DNA of 35,896 nt from Bigelowiella natans CCMP2755 (GCA_000320545.1 ADNK01002107.1:1-35896); one strand, 5' to 3'. Positions 16,856 to 31,474 are shown, numbered from the stretch's first letter. Numbers and translations are program-made. The notes: generated by a model not told the origin, from the letters alone.

Positions 16856-17630
16856 ATTCACATTCACACACACAATATCCAATGTGACGTACAATAGCCT
16901 TGTTGCCCTGGTCATCTTCGATGAGAACCTTCATCGTCAATTGATCCCATGATGCTTAAGAATTGCGTACGACGAGGATAAGAAGCAGCAAAGAGAACCA
17001 ACAGCACCCACCATCACCACAAGTAAAGAAAAGTGGTAGAATACTAAGAGGCGCATGGACGAAGAGGAGCACACAATTCTAATTGTGGTGAGACATAGCG
17101 AAGATGGGAGAACAGAGAAGGAGAAAAGACGCATAAAATCATATCGAGGTCCTGATATAATACTCACATCGAGCAACGGCTGCTGCATCCCTGTAGGATA
17201 AACTGTCGCCACGTCCTCCCTGAAAGTATATTCATCCAATTTTGAATCGATTCGTGCACATATATCTGTGCCCAGCGTCAGCATCCGCTCATCACTATTA
17301 AGGGCCCGGAAGTGTTTGGGAGGGGAGAGGATATAGTGGAGGCTACTTTCTTTTTCTTTTTCCGAACGTCTTCTACTGCATCGTTAAAGACGTTTTGCGC
17401 AGCCAGCCTAATGATGGCGGTGATGATGATTAATGCGGATCTATTCTTCGAAATTTACGAATTTTGGCATTTCTTCTTTTGTCACGCAGATCGATTGTAC
17501 CTTAAATCTGGGTGCTCTGTGACATAAGACTTAATTCTGCTCACACTCGACTTGACCGGATCGCTGTAAGATGTAGGTGTTATCCCCACTATACGCTGTC
17601 ATAGTGCTTTGCGGTGTACGCTTCTCATCG

Positions 17631-17662
<32 letters not shown>

Positions 17663-18184
17663 TGTACTCTAAGAAATCCTTGACGACTGGCTCGCCAATA
17701 ACCTCATCGACAGCATCCACAACCGCGCCTTTGAAACGGCGTGTAATTAATACTCGTCATAGTGGAGAACACGTGTTACTCTAGTACTTTCCAACCAATG
17801 CATATGGAAAACAAAAATATATCTTCGAGATCAATGTCGAGAAAGATGAGAGGTGGGATGTTAGCAAATCAAAATTGCAACTTCACAACGAAATGCTATG
17901 GCCATAGCCAAATACTTACGTTAGAAAAGGATTGGATGATGAAGATTATCGGAAAATTCACCTGTGCAGCAGGTGCACGCCTGCTTAAGCGTCGGAAATA
18001 GCCCTTTGCCTCTCACCGATTTCTCTTTTCCTTTCTTGGAAACAGCCATTCGAAGCACGCCATGGTGATGCAAATGGTCGTATCTAGAATCGCTTGTGGA
18101 TTTGATGCTTACGAACGCAAGCAGGAGGACGAGAAAGAGAGGAGCAAGAACGCAGACGAGACGGCGCCGATCGGTATCCATCAT
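14453..18184 (-). CDS. Multi-exon hypothetical protein with N-terminal signal peptide or signal anchor
   Basis: First exon MMDTDRRRLVCVLAPLFLVLLLAFVSIK... ends at CAG/gtgaat near 17962. Later AG/GT-bounded exons include GAVVDAVDEVIGEPVVKDFL, DPVKSSVSRIKSYVTEHPDL, SSNFMKYRKALMDALVKQTVDIRG and VNKKVIPRVLQYAASMTIMTALVATG. The last exon LNATKLADIVGTVWNLMEKDRKPVPANPKYM ends at TAG 14453-14455. Confidence 0.6.
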
Positions 18185-18780
18185 TCCCCTTCTGTTGTTT
18201 TATTTCTTTCTCATTTCCTTTTCGCTCGAGCTTTTTTGTATCAAAACCCAGGGCATTTTTACACTACGATATAACCAAAACCGCCAATATCTGAGCGAGT
18301 CCAGGTTCGGTGGGAGTTGGGCATCATCGCGAGAAAACGCCCTTGAATTTGTGCATTTTCCCGGATTGTGTCTCACGTTAGAAAACGGAAGGAGCTCCTC
18401 GCACGCTCGCACGCCCAGTTTCTTAGGTATTTTCTCCCGGCAAGAAATTCTCGGAAATTTGTGGAAAGGTAAAAAGTTTTTACTATGCGACAAACAACTA
18501 AGGTTGCCGTATTCCAACGATTTGTCGACGAAAACGGCTGCTCGTAACTCGTAACTGACGATTGTGAAGTTCGAAGGGAGAACTTCCTATTTCCTCCCCC
18601 TGCCTCTCAAACCTGGACAGATCTCGTAGATCTAAGATCTCTCGTAGTCCATTTCTCTCTCCGATCCTTCGACTTGCGGAGGAGATAAGCAGCTCCTTCA
18701 CCGTTGAGGTTTCAAAGAGCATTTCAGTGAGAAAGGTTCCTTCAGGACTGCTCTCCCTCTTCAGATCGATTTAGGTTTGA
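18185..18780. promoter_or_regulatory. Probable bidirectional promoter and 5' UTR between divergent genes
   Basis: Microsatellite-free interval between the minus-strand start at 18184 and the plus-strand gene; GCGACA at 18487; a probable UTR intron donor CAG/gtatgc near 18785. Confidence 0.4.
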
Positions 18781-18907
18781 CCAGGTATGCAAGTTTCTGC
18801 TGTTTCAAATTGACGTACTGTGCGGAAATTGATTTAACATCAAAATCATTCCCTCACCCCATATCGTCGACGCGGAAGATAACAGTGGATAGCTCTTCTT
18901 CTCCTTC

Positions 18908-19275
18908 ATGATGGAGGAGAGAAGGATGGGATTCCGTGATATCCTGAGGATGACCATCATTGTCGCCTTATGCGTTGGCTTCATCACTTACGACGAAGGT
19001 GATCTGACCGAATGAAAATTGTCCTGATGTGCGCATTTTATCGCGTATTGCGTTAGATTCTATTTGTTCATTTTCCTTCCCTGCAATAGATCAAGTATCC
19101 CTCGGAAATGCTTTCCAAGCTGGCTCGTTTTCCTTGTCCGAAACATTCAACGCAATCGCAGGTAGTTTTTCCCTCAGGTGCAGTGGCCAGTATCATTTTC
19201 CCTCTTTCTTTTCTCACTATTATTATAAATGGGATGCATACATACTTGGATATGCATGTTTATACACATACCACA

Positions 19276-19336
<61 letters not shown>

Positions 19337-21130
19337 GGAATACAGGGAGAGAGGAAAGGAGGAAGAGAGAGTATCCTTGTGTATGCTGAAGAGTATTCTG
19401 ACTGATATTGCTTCCTAATTTTGCCGCACAAAATCTCAAAAAAAGAAAAAACAGGAAAGGCTTCTGCAACGTAATGTCTAAGTTGTTCGTGTGTTACTTC
19501 TATCCTCCTTCTCTTTGCCTATTTTCACGCCTCTCGCTTCTTCGTTTCGCCTCTTTTAGCTCATTATCGATGCCACAAGGATACACACGCACACGCTCGA
19601 GCATACATGTATTCTCGCACACAAGGGCATGCGCGCATGTAAAGTCAAAACACACTACTTTTTTGCACCTGTCATCCTCCCCAACACTGATATTCAGATT
19701 TTCGTTCGGAGATTACTCGTTCGGCAGTGGAGAGGATGAGATCGAAGAGGTAATGAACATAAAAAAGATCCTGCATTGGCCCCAGATGCTCAGGGATGCA
19801 TTTTGGTTGCCCGCTCATCTTTCACTTTCCTTTTCTCCCAACAGGAGGAGGAGCAAGTGCCGGTGGAGACGGAATCTCCAACACTCTCACCTACACCCAC
19901 TCCAAAGAAGTACCATATTATTACTATGCAAGCGATGCGATGATCTTCTCGTTGGCGGATGCTATACTGGTGCTGTTTGTGCTGTTCCATCCCTGAGTCA
20001 CTCTTTCTTCTAGGAAACCTATTGCAATTTGCTACTCTGGTCAAACAAGGACTTTTGGTCGCCCCCCCTAGAAATAAAAGAATTGAACGAAAAATGGGAG
20101 GGATGGAGATGAACGGGGGCGGGGGAGGAGAGGAATAGAAACATTAATATGAGGCTGGAGTGACGTATTTTATCTCACGAGTGTGTTATTGTTGTTATTG
20201 TTGTTGTTGTTGTTTGTGTGTATGTGTGTGTGTGTGCGCGTATACGTTATTGTACTGTGGACCGCTTGTGCGCACTGTCGTCGTCGTTGTAATCATCGTT
20301 GATAATGTATGTGGAAACTATACAGGCCTGGAAGAAGTGTACAACAACCATCTGCACAACATCATAGATCCCCTAAGGTATGTCGCCCTCCCCCCCTGCC
20401 CCTAAATGCGTGCATGAGTGCTTGGCGGGGAGACGAACGAATGCCTGCTTGAGAAAAGTGAAACACATACTCAGGGAGTTTGCGGATGTATTCTTCGTGA
20501 TGTCTATGGGCGGAGACGGGAAAGGCGCTCTGCCACCAGAAGAAGCGGCAAAGTGCAATGTATTCTTCCATTGCGGCGCATCAGCAGCAGCAGCACCACA
20601 ACCAGTGCTCCCCACTCCCTCCTTGTTGTTTGAACTAAAGTCCTAGATATTTGTAATGGGAAGGATAGCGGTCTTTTTCTTCTCCTCTTCCCTGGCCTAA
20701 AGTGCCCCATGAAAATTGTGCGCCTGAAGTCGTTCATCTACGACATGCTGCCTAATGATCGTGTCTCTTCCTCTTTTTCTTCCATTACGAAAGAACGAGA
20801 GCCACGTCAAGGGCTACATCGCCGAGTCACTCTTCAAAGCCAAGGTCCTGTTACTCCTCATCACATCAACCTCTCTTAGTTAATTGTAATTCTTTATACT
20901 GATTTTCTTCACCTTGGTCGACGCGCAGCACTTCTTTCAGGATGATTTTGCCGGTGATGTGGCCAAGAAGGTAAAAGTTAAGTTTTTGCGTGCAGTTGTA
21001 ACGGTTGTAGTAGTGGTTGCAGAAGGAGAAGGAGCGGGAGAAGAAGAGGAGTAATGTGCGTAGACGCACGAACCGATGGAATATAAAATCTTATTCGTTT
21101 TTGCGTAATGAAAGAAGGCTAACACACACA

Positions 21131-21162
<32 letters not shown>

Positions 21163-22071
21163 TATTATACATGATGTATATATGTTCTGCTACAAATTTG
21201 TATTTCTCTTTTCTACAGCCGCCGCAGTGCAAAGAGATGGGTTGGGCCGTTGGGTACGTGTAACAAGCCATTTTGATATAGGCAAAAAATAGAAAGTGAA
21301 CAGAGACGATAGATACTAGTCGTTACTGTTGCCTGCAAACACGTACTGTTCCTGAGCAAGTATTAACGCCTATGGGATGGGCTAGTTGTCTGTTTCTAAT
21401 AATCCTTGTTAAGTGAATATCAGCTGCATTCTGCCATATTTAATGTCTCCCACACATTATCGTCGTCTTCTTTCTACCCACCCCCTGCCCCTTCGCACTT
21501 GAACGTTTGCATCTCCTCCTTGTCCTTTCCTAACCCAATACTTTTCCTCCTCTTCCTTATGTCCATCGGGGGCAGGTATAAGTGGAAGCACTGCGCACGA
21601 GTGATAAAGGAACAAGAGGAAAAACAAGGATGGAAGTACGATGATGACGAAGAAGAAGAAGAAGAAGAAGAAGAAGAATAACAACAACACCAAAGACGAC
21701 ATACAGATACATAGACGAGCAACCAACCGCACTTGAAACGTCATAGCTAATCCATAATCTACTGTTCGTTCTCCAAAATTTAATGCATGCGTTTGCGGGT
21801 GCGGGTGTATGTGTGCATTGTGGTGTCGGGTGTATAACCGCATAAAAGGTATGAATGGGTGATGAGGATGCGTCCAGATCTGGTAGACACAACGTGTTCC
21901 TTCTTCCTCTCCCTTCTTTCCCTCCTCCGTCACCTCCTTCTCCCCCTCCTCCTCTTTCGCCTTGAGTCATCGCTGCGTAGCTAAAATTCCAGCTGCGTTG
22001 AGACATATTGTCGAAATGTGTGGTGGCATCGTGTTGCAAGCTCCGCTTTTTGCTACTGCCTCATCTGATAA

Positions 22072-22124
<53 letters not shown>

Positions 22125-24014
22125 AGATTTTCGCCAACAAAATAGAGGAATTTGAAAAATGGCCTGACATTGAAAAGGTCGGTGAGAATACGCAAGCCTG
22201 AATAATCCAGTCAATTTTCCTTCATAAAGCTTTATTCAAGCGAATGCGTGTGTGTGTGTGTGTGTGTGTGTTTATTTAACCCATTGTCTTAATGCTATCC
22301 ATCTCGCCGGTGAAAATACGCAGTTTCGAGAAGAGAAAGCAGTGTGGGTCGCAGGGGTTACCGGATGTGGGAGGTTGGTTGAGTGTGATACCCACTTCTT
22401 GTTGTATATGTTCTTGTGGCTAGAAATGTTGCTACAATGTATTTGCTTGCATTGCGGTGTACAATATTTATCATGTGGTGAGAGCTGTGAGGCGTTCATG
22501 GTCATCGTCCGGATTATTTTCATCGTCATTCTTCTTCTTCTTCTTCTTCTTCTTCTTCTGCTTCATTGCTGCATCATATACAACCGTCAGCCGCGGAATC
22601 GCGAGGGAGATAATGCCCGCTAACGATAACTGGGTTTTGCTACACGAAGATACAAGCGACACAAACGATAGCCAGAACGTTTTTTTCTCCTTTTCGCCAT
22701 GCTTTAATATACACGTAATCTGACGGGATAGCTACGAATGGAACATAACACGCCGTGCACACATACATATATTGTACTCATGTTAAAAAGATGTGTGTAT
22801 TTTATTGATGTCTCTGTGTGTGTGTGAGTGTGTGTAAAATCTTATAAGGAGTATGAGACACCGTTGTTGTCGTCGTCATTTGTTTTGCGTTCCTTAGGCT
22901 CTCATGACGAGAGCAGCAATGGATAGCTACTACGAGGAATACGGCAGGTAATCGCGTAGAACAGCTTTAGCAGAAGAGAAGCAACAAGAAAAAGTGCAGA
23001 GAGTATTGAAAGCGGGAGGAAGATCGGTTACTTCTCCTCCTGTGATAAGTTCCTTTCAGTAATGGCGGTATTACCAAAGAAACACCGTATGTGCGAGCTG
23101 TTTCGCTTCGTAGAAGAAAGGTGTAGTATTGATAGTATATGACGCCTCCTCTCTCCTCTTTGTATTTTCCTCCCAACCTTTCCTCCCACAGGTGGTTTAT
23201 GGAGTGCCGGAAGGTATATGCAGAATGTGGTTAGGAGGAGGAGATTTTTTTTTGAGAAATTGCGCGAAAGTCAGGATAGTATGATACCCCTCATTTTATC
23301 AGAAATCATCGGTGTTATCGCTGCTGTGCTTTCCCTCTTTATATTCAATATCTAGATGAACCAATAACAATATAATATACATCGCCACCACCACCATCAT
23401 GATCATCATCATCATCATCATCATCGTCATCCACGCGGCCGCATGATCGCAAATCGCTTGTAGGTTCCTCGCCATCCCATGACATTCACATGCGCTGAGT
23501 CGGTTCTAGGCGGGACGCTGCACTTTAATAAAGTCAAAGTCTACATCGCCGACGTGGTACCTCTTTTGCCATTCCCAAGGATATTTTACTGCAACTTCAA
23601 CTACCACTCGCTACCACGACGACGACGACAACAACAATAACAACTACTACTACTACTACTACCATTACTACTGCTGCTGCTACTGCTACAGCGACGTGAT
23701 ATCAGAAATACACTAATATGTTATTCTCGCCATGCTACTAGTTGGCGTTTTAAGTCCTCCTTTTCGTATAAATAGGGATATCTTTTGGTGAGGCCCAACA
23801 TCTGGGGTGAGTGAACAACGTCTCATTCGTGCTAAGGAAGATGAGGGAAAACGGCGAAGAATCTAATCGAAACACGCCTGTTTATGACCTGTGTTACATC
23901 GATTACTCCCCTCCGCTTGGATTCATTCAAATGGCTGCTGCTCCATGATATCAGGTGCCCTCCACGCAACAGTCGAGCAGGCAAAGAGCGAGGTAGCAAA
24001 AACATACGCACATA

Positions 24015-24069
<55 letters not shown>

Positions 24070-24863
24070 TGTGTGTGGCTTTTTGCGTCGTTATGGAAAT
24101 AGTTATCAAATTTTGTCCCACGCACAAATTCTCCAAGATGTACATAATAAATTCTTCTGGCTGCCTCGTCACATCATCGATTTTAGGGAGTGGATCTCTC
24201 CATCAAGCACTGCTATCAGCATCCAGGAGAGGTTTCTTCAAAATTTAGCTAATTTTCTCTCCCTCCTTCCCCCTCCCCCCTCCCCGAAGGAGGGTACCCT
24301 TTCTTTCCAAATAATCCTGAGAACGTGGCCATTTAGTTTCTCCACAATACTCTATGGAACAGCGACTTTTCGTTTCTCCATCCGCGATGAGGATTTCGTG
24401 CCATACACCTGCATAATATCGTATTGCCGCACGTGCATTTGCGCGAGTGTGCAAGTACTCACGAGCTCACTCACTCGTTTTTGCGTGTTTTTGTCTTATT
24501 CTGCAGTGCCGGAAATACTGCCAGGGAATAAAGAGAGGTCGTTGCTCACTGAACTACATTGCTGCTGCTGGACTCGAAGATACAACTATGCTTCTTTACG
24601 CGCACATTACACAGACGCATGCACGAATATGATATCCCCCATCCCAACCCCCCCCCCCCCAACACGCACACACAGAGGACGTACGTGATATTTGCTTCCG
24701 TGGAATCATGGGTGTCCTGCTGTGGAATGAGGTAGTCGCAGCTCATCGATCGCAGAGAAGGAGAGGTGGAGAGAGAAGATGCAACTGATTTGTTTTCTGT
24801 TTCACAGGGGAATGGCCAGCGAATCATCGACATCGAGAAATGCGTCTGTCCCCACTCGAATAG
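18908..24863 (+). CDS. Putative glycosyltransferase-like type II membrane protein, many small exons; 3' end uncertain
   Basis: N-terminal TM segment (ILRMTIIVALCVGFITY), then exons giving IAICYSGQTRTF (~20015-20057), VYNNHLHNIIDPL-REFADVFFV, YKWKHCARVIKEQEEKQGWK-YEWVMRMRPDL (~21575-21883) and NDNW-ALMTRAAMDSYY. This motif order (A-x-C-x-SGQ-x-R ... Y-D/E-x-V-x-R-x-RPD ... ND) resembles, from recollection, DUF7796-type GT-like proteins. Confidence 0.6.
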
Positions 24864-25813
24864 GTCAGTGAGGGTTGGCGATAGGATGATGATGATGGTG
24901 ATGATGAAAATCATCACATTCATATTCCTCAAATTGTGCAAGAGGAGAATTGCAGTTGTTTAGTTCTGTACCTGGTCAATTTTGTGGCATCTCTCCTTTT
25001 TCTAAATCGAGGTGGAGCGTACTAAATGTATGTCTTTTTGCGCGACTGTTGTATTTTCACGAGCAGGCCTTTCTCTGTTCGCCCTCCTCCCTGTGGTGGT
25101 TGTGTTGACAACGCAAGATGGAATGTCTTTTAATGTATAACCGTGGATTCACAACACCTGACTTCATATTCTCTATATACGAGATATCGTGTTGAAATTT
25201 CAGCCACCGCCGTAAAAATGTCATAGAATGACATTCAGTACATAAGAAAATCTAATATTGAGTAATTTGCGTTGCATGCACTGCTTTGTAGCCGGTGATA
25301 ATTTAATGGACGCTATTCTTGAGATGCCAAAAATTCGAGCAAGTAATAATGGCACGAGCGTGTGCTAGAAAGCTAGGTTGCGCCAAGTTGCTGTTCCGCT
25401 AGTGCAATTGTTTTCCTATACTTTCGCTGTGCATGCTGATCGAGTAAGCCTTTCTCAGCTGAAGACATGTTAGCTATTTTAGCTGCAATCGTATACGGGT
25501 GTGCATGCTGATGCAGCAGAACGACGCGTAGCACGTCTATCATCACCACTGGAAGCCAAATCTGCGCTAATCAGATAGACCCAGACACATGCTACCGTCC
25601 TTATCCTTTCGCTTTATAAATATCAATAATAGTTTGACTTTGTGATGACATTTGCGCACAGCTAGACAGGCATGCATGAGTAGCTATTTGTTGATACTTT
25701 TTCATACAGCTTGTTTATTTGTGCTGCAAGGCCACGACTTAAATTGTGCCGACAGCCTAACGCGCTTTACCACACTATTCATCGATTGGTCCGGTTCCTT
25801 TATTTACATTACT

Positions 25814-26001
25814 TCATTTCGAGCGAGCGTGTTCTCTACGACTCTTCCCATCTGTTTGCGATTCCAGGAAGCGCCTCACTCTAACAGCAACAACACCACA
25901 GGGATGAAGGAATACACCATTAAACTTTGTAGGTCTCCAAGACACCAACATCGCCATCATCATCACCATCACTGATTCATCATTCATTCATCGTTATGAG
26001 T

Positions 26002-26036
<35 letters not shown>

Positions 26037-27880
26037 TATCATCACCAGTATTTTTATCACAACATGCACGGTCTTCACCTCTCTTTTTCGAGATACTCTC
26101 TTTGCAGTCTATCGCGTCGCAACCTACGCACTGAGAACTCCCCTGCAGTGTTTGGACAAAGGGGGGGGGGGGGGGACGGAAGGGGTAAACGACGTTTTTC
26201 TGTACTGTGGATAGAGGAGAAGAAACTAGTAGCAGAAGATTTAAAAGATAATAACAAAAATTAATACGGGACCAACCTGTGTTCTCATCTGACGTGCCTC
26301 GATAGGTCAGCGGCCGTTCATGCACTAATTCTTTGCTTTCTTTCGTAGTTGTCTGATTCATTCGATATGCTGCTGCCACTTCTTCTTCTTCCTGCATCCT
26401 CTTCAGCATTACGGTCGTCTCTGCTTTGTTTCCCCCACGCGCATCCTGTCCGGACATGTTGTTATCCGAGAAGAGCACGCCTCTCCCCGGCCCAATTTCC
26501 TCATCCTTCTGCACAGGAACAAGCCCTGGAAGATAAAAATTACGTGTGTCTCTCTCCTCAAAGCGCCGATTCTGTTCTAAGTAACGGAGGTGCTGCCTTT
26601 GCGTTCTTGTCAAGTTATGATTCCCGCGCCCTAGTAATCAGACGGATACGGCTCAAAGTCAATCAATTCGGAAAGAAGGAAAAAGTTCTCAAGGATGGTT
26701 TCTCTAGTGGGTCGCTCACGATCACAAAGACCCTTATGGCCCGCTGCAAAAATGAAGTTTGTCCGTCGTGTTCTCATCACCCGTCAGCACTGTCTGGCTT
26801 ACTCTTTCTCCCCACACCGATTCGGAACTGCGGAGATGCGCCTACACATGCATTATTCATTCTCAGCCGAAGGTCTATGCTCGTACAAACACCTTACCTT
26901 TTCTTCGTCGCGAAGGTCGATCGCCCTCCAATCGTCTAAATAAGCAAGCGGGCTGCTCTTTACAAGCGTAGAGGGGCCTGAGCATATTTCGCCATCATCA
27001 TCATCGTCGTCATCATCATCACCATCATTCATCCGATAGCGAGTTGCGAATAATACCGCGATTTCTTGATTTCGAGACATGAAGAAGAGTGCGTCTTGGT
27101 AGAGACTAAACAGGGACGGATAGAGGGGGGGAAGGGGAAGAGAAAGAAATAGTGTTACTTGTAGTGCGTACGCATGGAGGGGGGATTTTCATTGGAACAT
27201 GATAGTCATCGATACCAATCTGTGTTGCTCATGCGAGGAAGCTACGGTTTGAATGCAATCGTCATCGCCTCTCCTGCGAGATAATTGCTGCGGCGGTGAC
27301 TGATCATGTCTTGTTGCTACCCTAGATCTTTTCCGTAGCAATGTGGTTGTAGTAGATGAGAGCGGTCCTGCAGCAGCAGCAGCAGTTCCTTCGGCATCGT
27401 CTCGTGCGTCGCAGTCTTCCACTTCCTCAGAGCATTGGGAATTTCTATCGCGAATAAGTTGATCGTAACGCTCCCGCATGGATAATTCTTCGGCGTCACG
27501 CTGCATGAGCTCCTCCTGTTAACATGAGTATTTACGCGTAAAATGAGTCCGTCGCTGTCAATTCTTGGGGGAGAGGACAAGGAGATCGAACCTGCTTCTT
27601 GAAGCGAAGAGTATCTTGCTCAACGATCAGCCGATTGTCTCTTCTGTAGACATTCCATCTCTTCTGAGGCAAGATGTTGAGAGCGCCGTGGCCACCTTTG
27701 AGCACACTCTTTGTCCATTGACCGACGCTCAGGGATACAAGCCCAAACACCACAAAGGCAATACCGAGAAGACAGTGCACTGCGAGCATAACTGCTATGA
27801 TCTGTAATCTTTTATCTACCAATGAAGCCTTGAGCGATGACTTTCAGTAAATGCATGCCCTGCATTTCTCGAAGAGACAT
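25814..27880 (-). CDS. LENG1-like / CIR N-terminal domain protein (putative splicing-associated), multi-exon
   Basis: GGHGALNILPQKRWNVYRRDNRLIVEQD (~27615-27697) matches the conserved N-terminus of plant and protist LENG1-like proteins (MGGHGGLNILPQKRWNVY). A C-terminal exon FSVRRLRRDRLQREYLEKER (~26078-26142) resembles the LRxERLxRE motif. The start codon and internal exon boundaries are uncertain. Confidence 0.7.
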
Positions 27881-28282
27881 TTGCGAATACGAAGGGGGGA
27901 GGAGGGGGAGGAAGAGGAAGAGGAGGAGACGGCAAAGAAGTTGGACGACGCAGCTGTGAACTAAAGAAGAAATCAGTCACTGCCTTCCCGTCTCCAGCTG
28001 CACGTATATCGTCTCAGTCTCTTGCCGCTACAGCTCCCGCCCGCCGGGGGCATCATCGGACCATTCTTCCGGTTCGTCGTCCTTGTCGTCGTTGTCGCGA
28101 GCTGACAGAGCGACTAATAATAATAGTAATGCAGGGAATTATTGGCCTGCGACAACGACCTTTCGGCCAAATTATCAAAGGGTCATCTATCTGTGAAAAT
28201 CCAGAGAATTTACATACTGCGACAAGCGTGTGCAGTCGAATATGGATCAAAGGATTGTCATTCGAGTTTGACGCCACCAAAA
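27881..28282. promoter_or_regulatory. Probable bidirectional promoter between the LENG1-like and Sec6-like genes
   Basis: About 400 nt between divergent start codons, with TGTCGC at 28093 and GCGACA at 28149 and 28219. Confidence 0.4.
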
Positions 28283-28739
28283 ATGGCTGCTCCTTCCGAT
28301 CGGAAGGACGCCGTCGGCCAATCCATTGCCAAGGAGAACCCCGACTCCTCAAACATATTGAAGCTCACTATTGTCTCGGCATTCTACCCTAGGGCCGCCA
28401 GCAGCAGCAAGTCCATTGCCTTCAAAGTTACCGTTGAGGACGATGCTGGGTCGTCCAATGGCAGCAGCACGAAGCTGCAACAATCGCCGTTCCTCAAAAT
28501 CAAACCGGCGGGCAAGACAGTTTATGACTTCGATGTCTCTGCGACGTGCATTTCTAATTGTCCCAAGGTGAGAAAGAAACTTCCGCCGCTCGAGCGCTAG
28601 TTGATACGATACCATTCATCTTCCCCTTGCGTGTAGGTCAGCATTTCGGCTCATTGTCCTGGATTCCTGGGGATCGGAACGGTACGTAGTAGTAGTCGCG
28701 GATGATGTCGTCATAAAGTCGAACTTTTATTTTTTCCCC

Positions 28740-28822
<83 letters not shown>

Positions 28823-29648
28823 CGCGCGTGTATGGGCTTACAGGGAACGCGTTGGACACGTTCTCTCTGAATATGCAAGCCGTCCCCCCTAGCGGAGATC
28901 TTCTGGCGATGGACATTCCCCTCAACCAAGGGGTCGTCTCCATCCGCGTCTCCTGGAGATCAGGTACTGCTTAGCCGATCCTTTCATGTTTGCAGTGCAG
29001 CATCGGTTAGTTGATATAATAGTCATCGTTGCGGTCGTCATTATCCCGGTCTTCCTTCCACCTCCTCTCATCCTTATATGATACGCTAAGCTTTCTGATT
29101 CTACACCTGCCACCAGAACGACTTCTGGCGGAAGAACGGCACAGGCTCGCTGCCTCGCGACAACGTGCGGAGGAGGCAGAGCAAAGGCTCCACTCAACGC
29201 TGCGTACGTTGTATAACAAGTACAGGGAAAGCGTTTCATCGGCTAAAAAGGCAGGAGACCACAGTGCGGAGGGGGGAGGGAGTGTTGGGCAGAACATCCT
29301 CCTGGCAGCAGAGGTACTAACAGCTGCTGGCATGGGCGACGACATTTCGATTATTCAGATGCTATTCAATAAACGAATTGAAATTTTAAAATGCTGGTGA
29401 TGATGCCACCGGTGGAGTAGCGATATTGTACTAGCACACAGCCAACTCACCGCGAACAATGAAGATTTGACGATGATGACGTCCATGGCAGGTGTTCCAC
29501 CGTAAGATGGCCCAGGTATTGACAGCGGCGTCCGGTCAAAAGAGAGATGATGGCTCGAAGAACGGCAATGCTGGGGGGAGAGGGAGCAGGATGGAGCACC
29601 AGAAACTGTACAATCATTCGAATTTCTTCAAGGTACATCGTAGGAAGG

Positions 29649-29687
<39 letters not shown>

Positions 29688-29976
29688 GAAATGTCCACCC
29701 TATCTGCTCTCTCGGTGGTCGTTGCCGATCCTTACTTGTACTATTGTCTGCTGAGTTATGGTAAATTGCGCGATTGATCAGGAGCACGCTTACGGGGACG
29801 AATGGGCCGAGGTGTTTATGAATGACATTCTTGTCGCATTCAAAGGTGCAGCGTCAGCTTGCTAGTTGTCCCTACAACTATGTATATCTTGTGCATGCGC
29901 ATGGATGTTATCGCGTGAAAGACTTTGTATCATGAGAAGTGTTTACTGTCTAAGAAGAAAAGACACACACACACAT

Positions 29977-30023
<47 letters not shown>

Positions 30024-30359
30024 TAGTGAGAGAGAATACAACAGCTTTCTATCAGATCACCATTGCATCCCCCACCCTCCTTTTCCACTTCCTCCACACC
30101 TCATAGGCCTCCCGGACGGACAATTCTCGCAGAAGCAAATCGTCCGATGGTTGATGCTCATCTCGAAGTTTCAGAATACATGGAGCAAGGTAGTAGTTTG
30201 ATCCCAAGGCAGCAGCATCCACGACCATTGCTGTTTCTTGGAAAAGAAGATGGAGAAGAAGAAAGAAAAATGGTGAAGAAAAGAGATGGCACTTATAACG
30301 TTTCCTTTTATATCCAAAATCTAACATCATACGTGCACGTTCACACAGAATATATAGGG

Positions 30360-30396
<37 letters not shown>

Positions 30397-30687
30397 CGCG
30401 TGCGAGAGAGAGAGAGAGCCAATAATATGTAGGCGCGCGCCTATACAAAAGGGCAGCGGTTTGAAGACTGATTTATGTGATATCATCCTGATCCCACCAT
30501 GTGCAGCATGGGAGTAGTAAAATGGAAGATATGGTGCGAGTGCTGCAACCCCCCTTGGTCAAGGCATTCTGCGACACATCGAAGGAGATCTTGGCAGAGT
30601 GGGAGATGATAGCACTAACAATTTTCACAATTTTAAAGAATGATAAAATAATATCACGCCAAAACCGCAAATCATGCATAAGACAGC

Positions 30688-30723
<36 letters not shown>

Positions 30724-31086
30724 GCCACCACCACCATCATCACCATCACCACCAATATCGTCGTCATCGTCGTCTTCGTCGTGATCGCCATTCATGCAAC
30801 CCCGTGATGCTTGTCAGAGAAGTAGATAGGCCATCATCCTAAACACTCAATGCCTGTACTGTTGGTCTCCGCTACTACCACTACACTACTACTACTACTA
30901 ATAATAATAATAATAAATAAATAATAATAATATCACTACCTTCACTCGCTGCTCAGTGTGAGCGAGAGGATAATTGCCGTGAATGCGAAAGACGCATCAG
31001 AGGAGCAAAAGGAGGTGGGGGTGGTGGTGGGGGGGGGAGGTTCAGTGTTTGTCCTCACATGCATGCATGCATTAATTTTATACAAT

Positions 31087-31130
<44 letters not shown>

Positions 31131-31474
31131 ATATTATACACAACATGGCACTTCCTCACCTTGGGAGTGATATCACACAGAAAATCACTGAGCTTGCACC
31201 TCCTCCTCCTCCTCCTCCTGAAGGACAAAAATGGACGAATCTTGACGAACGGGCCGCGGGACTTCTTCACGCTCCTGAACCGCACTTTGGGTTGGCGTAG
31301 TAGTAGTAGCAGTAGTAGTAGTTGTTGTTGTTATTGTTGTCGTCGCAAAAACAAGAAATTGAATAATGTCTTGGAACCGAACTCGCAAGGGAAGCTCTTC
31401 GAAGTGTCATTGCCTAATCTGCCATGACATGGCTTGATAAGTTCATCTTACCTTGTGATTTTTGAATGACTGCT

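Noticed and set aside
27802-27819. An 18-nt nucleomorph-style micro-intron (gtagataaaagattacag on the minus strand)
   Set aside because: Removing it does not lead into the frame encoding GGHGALNILPQKRW. A longer intron ending at the AG just before GGHG fits better.
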